A stretch of 54,398 nt of DNA, filler included, from Stramenopiles sp. TOSAG23-3 (taxonomy: Eukaryota): NCBI GenBank assembly GCA_900128585.1. It is 4 parts of 4 records of this genome, joined end to end, with 100 filler letters (N's around TTAATTAATTAA, not from the genome) between each part and the next. Parts side by side here need not be neighbours in the genome. Positions count along the whole stretch, not along the records: positions 1 to 25,017 come from LT642294.1; 3 more parts are not named here. One strand, 5' to 3'. Shown in pieces: positions 1 through 8,779 of this stretch. Each line of letters begins with the position of its first letter. The stretch's first letter is position 1. A model generated the notes under the pieces. That model saw only the letters and a program-made list of their open reading frames with translations. It was not told the origin of the DNA and made no database searches. The translations under genes were made by a program, and so were the position numbers.

Positions 1-851
1 AAATGGGCCCCTGCCAGGCGTCCCGAAGGGTCATTTTATGGGATAAGTAATAATAAGGACAAAGTACATTATAAAAAAAGTGTCGATCAAAAAACGGTAA
101 ACTTGGTAATAGCTCTTTTCTTTTTTATATATAAATTAATCCACGAACTGTTTCTTCATCAGGACACAAAATGAGAAGAGTAGGAAGGAGTAAGGAGGAG
201 GAGAGGAACAAAATTAATTTCTTTTTTTTTTAAATAAAATTAAAAAAAAATAAAATAAAAATTTGGCTTGATACTGTATGAGGAGAGAGAAGAGAGAAGA
301 GAGAGAGAGACTACGTATACTAGTAGATAAGCCACCTAACATTAAGGATATGTGTCCATAGTGATAACGATGAGAGACCATTTGTGATCATAAGGCCATT
401 GTAGATGTAGAGTATTCTAGTCAGGGATTTATTAGATGAAATCACTTTATTGATATTTTAAAAATAACCAAATAGAATTAAAAACTATTCGCGAAGTGAC
501 AAAGTATACCTTCCGAAGGTACACAGCATATATAATACTGAAGGAATGTTTCCTTAATCGTGGAGGATGGAGGATGATCGTCACTCACTCTAACCCTCTT
601 TTCTCTTCTTCCTCCTTTCTTCACTCCTCCCCCCTTGCCCCTCGCGCTCTGATAATTTCAAATTTCTTCTTCTTCTGTTTCTTTTTTGGTTGTTAACCAG
701 TTTCAAACGAGAAGAATTAAAATACATTTAAAACGAAACATTGACATAGCGAACCCTACATGATCACAATTGAAAAAGATTGTTGTCCATGGATTACATA
801 ATCGAGTATTATATTTGTGGAAAGAAAAAAGCTTAGCTGAACAGGTAAATT

Positions 852-1856
852 ATGAGTTTGCGAACAACGGACGAATCGAACAAGCGGGGGAGAGGCGTAA
901 GCTCGGCTCCTTCCAATGCGAAAAGGCACAAAGGTGGAGGACTGCTACCTGATCAAGTTGGGAACGACACTGTTCGAAGTTGTAATTTAGACGTTGGAAA
1001 AGGTGGGAAATCAAAGTCAGGATCGCCCGATTTCCTTACCGTAGACCCAGCGAATCCAGCGGAGTTTTTGAAACGGGAAGGCTATGTGTATCTTTCGAAA
1101 CGGGTACCCGAGAGCTTATGTTCGAAGCTTAGGAAATTAGTGCATAAGGACATGGAACGATTAATGAAATTGTCAAGCCACCAAGAGCAGCCATCGGAAC
1201 TCTTGTCAGCGCCGACTAACAAAGTTATGGCAGAGGTGAAGAATTATCTCATATCTCACGTATTGAAACCATGTATAGGAGGGATCACCAAGGTGCCGCA
1301 GACGTGGGGCGAAACCATGTATGGTCGGTTAAAGAAGTACAATGCCTACACTAAACCTCACTGTGATGCCCTGAACACAATCATAGAACGCCGGCTTCTT
1401 TGTGAAGTTGAAGGGCTACCGCATCCTGCGAGTCTGATAAATTGGGCTGGCGACCGCCCACTTGATCAAGTTTTTTGCATTGCAGGAGAGTTCGCTATTG
1501 AAAGGCTGTTGCCCATCTATACCGTTTGGGTGCCCTTGCACTCGCTCGACTCTTTCAAGTTTAGCCATCTGAGAGTGCAGCCAAAGAGCCATTTAGCAAC
1601 AGACATTCAGGTGACGGAACACAAGCGCACGAAGCGCGTGCTCTCTGTTGGCTCGAAAACTTTCAAAAAACCGTTTTTGTGCCCCCAAACACCCTACCAA
1701 GTCGGTGACGTAGTCATATTTCACTGTTTGACACAGCATGATGGCACTTGCCACAAACGAAAATCCGAGGGCATTCAAAACTGCAGAGCACAAGCCACGA
1801 GCGAACTGACCAGTAGGGTATCGTTCGATATGCGAGTCTTCATGGACGGTTTTTAA
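852..1856 (+). CDS. Phytanoyl-CoA dioxygenase (PhyH)-like Fe(II)/2-oxoglutarate dioxygenase, 334 aa
   Basis: Intact ATG-TAA ORF with PhyH-type motifs: FLKREGYVYL, TKPHCD (HxD), YTVWVPL, GDVVIFHCLTQH (distal His) and RVSFDMR (2OG-binding Arg). Confidence 0.75.
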   Translation: MSLRTTDESNKRGRGVSSAPSNAKRHKGGGLLPDQVGNDTVRSCNLDVGKGGKSKSGSPDFLTVDPANPAEFLKREGYVYLSKRVPESLCSKLRKLVHKDMERLMKLSSHQEQPSELLSAPTNKVMAEVKNYLISHVLKPCIGGITKVPQTWGETMYGRLKKYNAYTKPHCDALNTIIERRLLCEVEGLPHPASLINWAGDRPLDQVFCIAGEFAIERLLPIYTVWVPLHSLDSFKFSHLRVQPKSHLATDIQVTEHKRTKRVLSVGSKTFKKPFLCPQTPYQVGDVVIFHCLTQHDGTCHKRKSEGIQNCRAQATSELTSRVSFDMRVFMDGF

Positions 1857-1864
1857 AGATTAGT

Positions 1865-1915
1865 GTAGACATCAGTTCGCAGTGCATAAAGGAATTTAAA
1901 CCTTAAATGGACAAA
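1865..1915 (+). repeat. Dispersed ~50-bp repeat, copy 1 (copy 2 at 31443-31494)
   Basis: gtagacatcagttcgcagtgcataaaggaatttaaaccttaaatggacaaa here versus gtagagatcagttcgcagtgcatgagggaatgtaaacctctaaaatggacaaa at 31443. Confidence 0.8.
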
Positions 1916-2472
1916 AGCTGAGTAGGTTCATTTGCGCGGTATATGAGGAAGCTAAATTTTAATCACTCTAAATAACAGTCAAGTTTTTGTTTTTAAAGAT
2001 TAGTGGTGTTTGAAAAGTTTATGAAGACCCGTATTAAAAATAATATTCGCACATTCTGAAGGAGAGTGAGGCTAATTATTGACTAACTTCTACTTGTGCA
2101 AACCCTTAAGAACTCTTAACTTTTTAAGATTATCATAATATAGCTTAAGTTTAAATGTCTACGATGATATGTACCATGATATGTACCATACCCATAAACT
2201 GATGGGTTTGGCGAAGAAGTGATCTACTCACATGGGTCTCCAAAGATGGATGGACTTATCACAGACTATAATCGGGAATTGGATCGATTTGTGTTGAGTA
2301 CACATCACCTATAACAAGAAAAGAAAATATTATCACCTGGCCATAAAATATTATTAACATATATAACTACACTATATATAATTTGTTTTTTAAAATAACA
2401 ACAGTCCATTATTTTGTTTTTAATTTTTAACAATCTTTTTTGGTAATCTGGCAATCATTTCTTCTCATCTTT

Positions 2473-5400
2473 TTAATCAAGGGCGCACAGCAGTGCGATA
2501 CCTGCTCGAATCCAAATGCTCTGTTTTCGATCTGATGGAATTCGAATCATCAAGACGAAATTAGTAGAATGTCCTGTTGTGGCCAGTATCCCCCACCTTT
2601 CGCTAGTCCTGTACACCGGACAATTATAGTGCTGGTACTCCGTCAGCTCAGTATTCTTTTTCGGCTCAATCCACATTACTGGGGCAGGAGAAAAGAGAAC
2701 TTTCGGCAGCGGGTCGTGCTCAAAATATTCTTTCCTTGCAATTAGTATTTCTTCTCTACGAACCTTTTCGGAGTTTTGTATCTTTGCAGATTTTGCTCGG
2801 TATTCCATAATGTTAACCGGCCAGCCCAAGGTTACCACTATGAGCGCCAAGTCATCTTTGGAGTGCTTAAAATTATTGCTCACCAAAAAGTTTATTTTTT
2901 GAACCAAGTCTTTCTCTATTTTAGAAGAAAGGATATCCAGATTGTGGACGCACCCCTCTGAGTATTCAATCAAAGCCTTCAGCTCTGCGGCATCGGAGGG
3001 CTCCTTAATTAGTTTTGTCCCTACTTGCTCATACGTAGTGCATATGTACTCCATGAATTTATAATTCTCTGCTGCAATCCTAGAAAATGCCAGTTCTTTT
3101 AACTCTTTCACCCGTTTGTCTACCATAGATTTAAACGGCTGCAAGTCCAATGCGAACAAATCGAAAAACATTATATCTTCCCCCGACAGCATTGCCGAGT
3201 TGCACAACATGTCTAGCTGTTTTGTGATCACAGAGACGTTCTTTAGGCACGCCATTTGTTTTTCCGCCATTTGTGTCCACGCGTCGCTCAGTTTTGCCGC
3301 ATCTTCGCCGGCCGCGTCCAAAAGACTACCGTATTCCGTGCGCACCTTCTGCAGAGCGTTTGTCGCAACTTCAATTCGTTTTTCGTATGTCGTAGTGAAT
3401 AGAACATTAAATCGCTCTAACCCTTTGATGTGTTGGAGGGGTTTTCCTTTGCGCCCATTGACCACACGGTTGATAGTGAACAGGGTCTCCGATACGTCTT
3501 TGTCTAAGCTATCGTCATCGATGATAAGCTCCGAAACCGCCAAATGTTGCGATAGGCGATATTTTCCATTTTGGCGGTTGTGACTTGGTCTGTGTTCGCC
3601 TTGTTTCACTGCACTGATGGAGTCCGCCCTCGGGAACTGCTTGGATGCCTGTACCACGTTGAGGACGGTTTGCTTTAACCTTTCTTCCACTTCGTCGATG
3701 TTTGGAGACACTTGCACTTTTCCTGCTTTTATGACTGCCTGTAGCACAATAACAGATTCGGGCGGTTTCAAAGCGGCAGAAATCAAACTTTCGTTAAAAT
3801 CTTTGCCGTTAGCGTAAGACAAGGCTGCAATAATTATATGACTAACTGACGCACGCCTGTATCTGTGCGTGCTCCCCCTCGGCGAAAAATCGAGCAGTCC
3901 ATCGCCAATGCCAACCCCTTCACCATGTACAATGGCGTCCGATAGTTTAGCCGATTTCACGGACATGTGCTTCCTCACCGCTCCCTGCCTCAACACTTCT
4001 GCGTAGTGGCTTTCGTGGGTGCTGTTGTCAAACTTAAAGAAAAATGCCCCAATCTCAGAAAGCGACATGCTGGCCATTTCACGCAACTGCTTTCCCATCA
4101 AAGTTGCGAATACTTTCATCAGTGTCTGTATGCTCTGCTTCCTTCCATCGTCGTTCGCGCGTTCTGCCTGGCCTTCTGTTTGGTGCTGCACCAATTGCTG
4201 GACGGTGGCATTTCTCTTTCTTGGTACACTTCCTGCAACGCCGTCATCCATCGAAGGGAGTGACGCCATCCATGTTTCGATTTCGTCTGCAGCCAAATCG
4301 TTCTTTTGGGTTTCCAGATTGCTTGTGCGCTTGATGGCTCCATTGATACTCCCCAGCATTGGACTTTTATGCTGGGATGTTTGGTTTGCCGTGGATGTTC
4401 CTGGTAGATTGCCGGGTGCATGCTGGCCAGGCCCGTTGTCAGCACCAGCAACCTCGTCCGTTTCTTCTGACGCAATGGCATGCAACAGCAACTCTTGGGA
4501 GTTCTTGATCCATTTGTCTAGTAGATGTTCTCGCACAGACGATGCCTGGCGGCTCAGATTATTTTCAAAATCGCTGAGGGACATGGGCAACAATTGCCGG
4601 AATTGATATGACGAGATCGTCGTAAATGATGGCTTCCCTTCCACCTCCGCGAACCACAAGCTCTGGGCGGAAAGCATGACCGCGTTGGCAACGTGAGAAA
4701 ACTCTTCCATGAACCTGTACGCATTGACAACATCAAAATTTGAAATCCCCGTGTTTCGGAGCACTTTCCATTCGTTCGAAGTATACCGGGTATCACACCA
4801 CACTGTCGGTGGTGGGTACAAGGCTGTCTTGTCGATGCGCGAATCGTGCGCTACGTCGCTGTCCATCAGCGAATACATGGCAGCACTGAACGCATTTGCG
4901 CTTTGGTACTCATTGCCCAGCTCTTCCACCATGCCTTTCAAAAATTCTTCGTGCGAACGAGAGCCGACCATGCTTAGTGCCTTCGAAAAGAAGCCTTGCA
5001 AGAGTGTGGACTCGGACAGGTTTTGAAGGGGTGTTTGAGACTTTAGGTTCGCTTCGAGCGTTTTACCCACCATCCGATTGAAGTTTTTTGTCGAGGACAC
5101 CACTTGGTCGTTGTAATTTTTGCGAGAGGCCCTTAGGGGCAAATCGGACGTTATCGCAGTCATGGATAGCAAGCGCGGCACGGGTTTCCACATGTCGTCC
5201 GTGGGGATTTCGTCGTCTTTCACAAACAGCCTTGGCGTCGGTTTCGGCGTTAGCAACGCCTTGGAATTCATGAACTTACCCCCCCTGCCTATGTACTTTT
5301 TGCTGCCGTTGTTACTGGGAAACATCGCTTTGTTCATTCCTCTGTTGGATATTTTCCGGTCCCTATCGGGACTTTCGTACACTGGCTTTGGTTGGGGAGT

Positions 5401-5844
5401 GGGCAGGTTGAACGGTCGTTTTTCGGTCCGGGTGGCTAATCGGTAAGCTTTCTGCTGCTCTGGTACGCCCTTTTCAAGGGCGTCGTGCACCCGTATGTTC
5501 TTGTGCAGAACCTTTTCGATGGTTCGCAACGTCAACCCCCTGGCCGACAGGGTGTAGTTTCGAGCAATGCGGTCGCTACAGGAGTAATGCCCGGCCTCAG
5601 TAATCTGAGAGTACGCGTCCCCCACAAACGATACCCTTTGAGGGTACCCCGTCGAGGCCAGCGGCAGCATCGTCGCGTCGTTCTGAAATACATTATCCGT
5701 GTCTGCCGTTTCGAAATCTTTTTCCTCAAAGGAAAGCAATGGTTTCCTGGTTTGCTCCCCACCCTTATGAAAGTTGGATAAACTGTGGCTTTTCTTGAAC
5801 GAAAACCGGCTATTTCCTTTTTGAGTTTTCGGAGACCCCTCCAT
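2473..5844 (-). CDS. Axonemal (inner-arm type) dynein heavy chain-related protein lacking the motor domain, 1123 aa
   Basis: The last ~80 aa (PKVLFSPAPVMWIEP...YNCPVYRTSERWGILATTGHSTNFV...WIRAGIALLCALD) are the hallmark C-terminus of DNAH3/7/12-type dyneins. The preceding region (FDLFALDL...ICTTY...PSDAAEL...LGWP) resembles the dynein tail. No AAA P-loops are present. Confidence 0.8.
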   Translation of the reverse strand: MEGSPKTQKGNSRFSFKKSHSLSNFHKGGEQTRKPLLSFEEKDFETADTDNVFQNDATMLPLASTGYPQRVSFVGDAYSQITEAGHYSCSDRIARNYTLSARGLTLRTIEKVLHKNIRVHDALEKGVPEQQKAYRLATRTEKRPFNLPTPQPKPVYESPDRDRKISNRGMNKAMFPSNNGSKKYIGRGGKFMNSKALLTPKPTPRLFVKDDEIPTDDMWKPVPRLLSMTAITSDLPLRASRKNYNDQVVSSTKNFNRMVGKTLEANLKSQTPLQNLSESTLLQGFFSKALSMVGSRSHEEFLKGMVEELGNEYQSANAFSAAMYSLMDSDVAHDSRIDKTALYPPPTVWCDTRYTSNEWKVLRNTGISNFDVVNAYRFMEEFSHVANAVMLSAQSLWFAEVEGKPSFTTISSYQFRQLLPMSLSDFENNLSRQASSVREHLLDKWIKNSQELLLHAIASEETDEVAGADNGPGQHAPGNLPGTSTANQTSQHKSPMLGSINGAIKRTSNLETQKNDLAADEIETWMASLPSMDDGVAGSVPRKRNATVQQLVQHQTEGQAERANDDGRKQSIQTLMKVFATLMGKQLREMASMSLSEIGAFFFKFDNSTHESHYAEVLRQGAVRKHMSVKSAKLSDAIVHGEGVGIGDGLLDFSPRGSTHRYRRASVSHIIIAALSYANGKDFNESLISAALKPPESVIVLQAVIKAGKVQVSPNIDEVEERLKQTVLNVVQASKQFPRADSISAVKQGEHRPSHNRQNGKYRLSQHLAVSELIIDDDSLDKDVSETLFTINRVVNGRKGKPLQHIKGLERFNVLFTTTYEKRIEVATNALQKVRTEYGSLLDAAGEDAAKLSDAWTQMAEKQMACLKNVSVITKQLDMLCNSAMLSGEDIMFFDLFALDLQPFKSMVDKRVKELKELAFSRIAAENYKFMEYICTTYEQVGTKLIKEPSDAAELKALIEYSEGCVHNLDILSSKIEKDLVQKINFLVSNNFKHSKDDLALIVVTLGWPVNIMEYRAKSAKIQNSEKVRREEILIARKEYFEHDPLPKVLFSPAPVMWIEPKKNTELTEYQHYNCPVYRTSERWGILATTGHSTNFVLMIRIPSDRKQSIWIRAGIALLCALD

Positions 5845-6601
5845 ATTTCAGTCACCAATAGTTTGAATGTAACACGAAACAAAAAACAATGGCAAAACGA
5901 GAGAGAGGAAAAATATAAAGAAAGAACTGTTATGTGTCGGAATAATATTCAACAAAATAATTCATTTGAATGTTTATCATTGCCATACAAAAATGAAATG
6001 CATTGCAATAATTATTAATTACATAAAAAAAAATCGATCGATCGATCTCTCTACACTATGATGACTTTTTAAATTATAATAAATTTTCTTTCTCTTCTTC
6101 TTTTTTTAATATAATAATAATAATATTCCCTCTTTCTTTCTTCTCCTTCCTTCCTTCCTTCCTTACTATGTCAATGTATTTCGTAGTTACACATTTCTTT
6201 TAAGTTGGTGATTTATTTTATTAATTATTCGTTTGATTCTTTCTCTCATAAATTTGTAATGAGATTGCTATGTTGCTATGTACTTGTTATTATAAATTAT
6301 TACCGTTGATGCGATGATGAAATATTTATTTATTTAGAAAGTGATGAAGAAGAAGAAGAGAAGAAAAAAAAGAAGAAGATAAAAAGGAATTTTAATTGAT
6401 AATCCCTAATTACAATATGTAGTCTAATACATTAAATAATAAGTATAAATAATGAATATTTTATTTTTAAGGGTATTTGTTTTATTTATTGGAATATAAA
6501 ATAATATAAGAAAAAAAGGAAAGAGTTTTTTGTTCTTCTTATATAAAATATCTTCCACAATAATTATTTGGATTATAATAGTCTACATTATTACGCTCTT
6601 T

Positions 6602-7702
6602 TTAATTGGAAGAAAAGCTCGGGTTGGACGGTTGCCAAAATGTAAGGTTTACACTTGCACTTATCACACTATTGTACACTTTGTTCCATGCCACCGGGCC
6701 GATGGGAAGTCTCTCATGGATAGCGTCCCATTTCCCTACCTGGTTGCAAAAGGCAGGGCTATTGTCTTCCATGGACCACACCCGCAGGCTATAATCAAGT
6801 GCACCCCCAACGACGTATTTTGAATCTGGGCTGAAAGACGTGTACATTGCCCCCTCGTACCACTGTGGGCCGGACACCGCGCCCTGGACCCCTACGTGCT
6901 CGTTCAATGTTCCCAGCAGCTTTCCAGTGAACGAATGTAAAACCCAGTGCGGAACGTCTGTATTCAGCACCCCACCCACGGTTTGCAGCGCTGCGGGGGT
7001 AAGGAGCACTTTGCTGCCGTCTGGGCTAAATTGAATATCGTGCCAACCCTGGGTTTCTCCCGGGAGTTCCCACTTGTCGAACGCCCCATCCCCGACTTTC
7101 CTCAAATCAAAAAGGTTTACAAAACTTTCTTTGCCGCAGCAATGCGCTGCCGCAAAGACGACCCCTTTAGGGTCAAAATCTACGCACGGAGATACTGCAC
7201 CCTTCAGGATGATTGTCTTTACCGGCCGGTTCGCAGAATCGCGAACGTCCCACACGTGTATCCGTCTATCCGTCCCGGCCGTCATGACCATGTCTACGGC
7301 CGGGTGAACCTTCAAGGAGGTAATTTTTCCCTTGTGCGCGTGGAAATGGCGCAAGTCCTTGTTCCCGTTGAAGTTGTAGATCATGAGGTGCTTTTTTCCG
7401 CTCCCCAAGCTTCGCTTTGCCGTCATCGCTACCAACGTTTCGGAGTGCAGGAAGCGTACGTGGGAGACGCCATACTTCGCCCGACACATAATCCCAACCT
7501 CTTCCCCATTCAGCGCGTTGTACAGGCCGACGGTATCGTTCACGTCTTTCCACGCACTAACGCAAGCTCGCCCCTCGCTGTTGATCGCCATAGCATTTAC
7601 GGAGCAGCCTAGAGTGTTCTTTGGGTTTGCCACCACTTTGCCCGGAACATATTTTCGGACCACCACGTCAGCAAGCTCATCTTCTGGTACCTGGTTTTCC
7701 AT
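6602..7702 (-). CDS. WDR82: WD40-repeat protein WDR82/Swd2 (COMPASS / PNUTS-PP1 subunit)
   Basis: KYGVSHVRFLH, LRHFHAHKGKITSL..HP..D...TAGTDRRIHVWDVR, FDPKGVVFA, LFDLR..GDGAF and FSPDSKYVVGG follow the WDR82/Swd2 pattern. Confidence 0.8.
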   Translation of the reverse strand: MENQVPEDELADVVVRKYVPGKVVANPKNTLGCSVNAMAINSEGRACVSAWKDVNDTVGLYNALNGEEVGIMCRAKYGVSHVRFLHSETLVAMTAKRSLGSGKKHLMIYNFNGNKDLRHFHAHKGKITSLKVHPAVDMVMTAGTDRRIHVWDVRDSANRPVKTIILKGAVSPCVDFDPKGVVFAAAHCCGKESFVNLFDLRKVGDGAFDKWELPGETQGWHDIQFSPDGSKVLLTPAALQTVGGVLNTDVPHWVLHSFTGKLLGTLNEHVGVQGAVSGPQWYEGAMYTSFSPDSKYVVGGALDYSLRVWSMEDNSPAFCNQVGKWDAIHERLPIGPVAWNKVYNSVISASVNLTFWQPSNPSFSSN

Positions 7703-8779
7703 CCTCGCGAAGGCTGGCTGGCTGCGTGAAATTCTTCGTTTTGCTGTTCAATATGCAAGCCAAATATGAAAATCCTTCCCGTCTCTTTCTCCCTCTGTGT
7801 GTTTGTTTTCTTAAATATCTACTTCAATTAAAAAACACGAGGAAATAAATAAAAAATGGTAGAAGGTACAATGTGTTCATAAATCATAACTATTATGAAC
7901 CCATCATCTTTCTTGCGACCCCCATCCATCGATGTGATCGATCATATCATATAGAAGATATCTATCAAAATCATCTAAAAAAACCTCCGTCCGTCCTCCC
8001 AATAAATAAATCAATCATCAATCAATCATCATCAAAAAATATTTTTATTTACTGCCTATTATAACTATACTGAGTACTGAGTATTTAATAATATTATATT
8101 ATTAGTAATAATATGAAGAAAGAAGAAAGAAGAAAGAAGAATCAAAGAATCAAAGAAGATATCTCAAATCAAATCAAATCAATCTCATCCTCATCTCTAC
8201 TTATTACTATCTCATCGAGGGATGTTTTGTTCTTCTTTTTTTCATAATGCTGTGTATATAGATTATAGATGTTATAATAAAAATGTGAATTGGCCTCCTT
8301 GCCTCTTCTTTCTTCTTCTTCTTTCTTCTCCTCCTTCTTCTTTTCGTCGTCGGTCGACTTAATTATTTTACTACTTGCGTGCCCAGCCCACTGCTCGCTT
8401 CGTTTTAATTAATGTGTTGGTTGGAGACCGCCATGCGGCCATGCGGCCATCAGGTTGTATAGAAAATAAAACAAGTTTGTCGCCAACAATGACCACACCA
8501 ACTCCTTCAATCATTTCATCTCGACCTTGAGTTATTGTTGGGTTTGTCGTCTCCATTACCCTATTACTTTTCGTGTTGTGAAAAATTCCCAGTTCAAAAA
8601 AAGTACACCTTCCTGTTCGTGCTATTCGTTCGGGGGGCACCCAGTGTATTTGGAGTTCTGTTCTGTTCCGCCGTATTCATATTTTTGTGTAGCACAGAGA
8701 CAGAATATTTCGTATATAGTTGCCACCTTACCACCCCTGATTTGTCGCTGGGTTGATCCATCTGTTCCGCTCCGTCGCA

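Noticed and set aside
2162..2314. 12-bp tandem (atgatatgtacc x2) and a short open stretch (DGFGEEVIYSHGSPKMDG...)
   Set aside because: Too short, no in-frame start and no recognisable homology; at most a gene relic.
8371..8640. 89-aa minus-strand ORF in the WDR82-ORC3 divergent spacer
   Set aside because: Non-ATG start and no recognisable motif; could be UTR or promoter sequence and cannot be supported.
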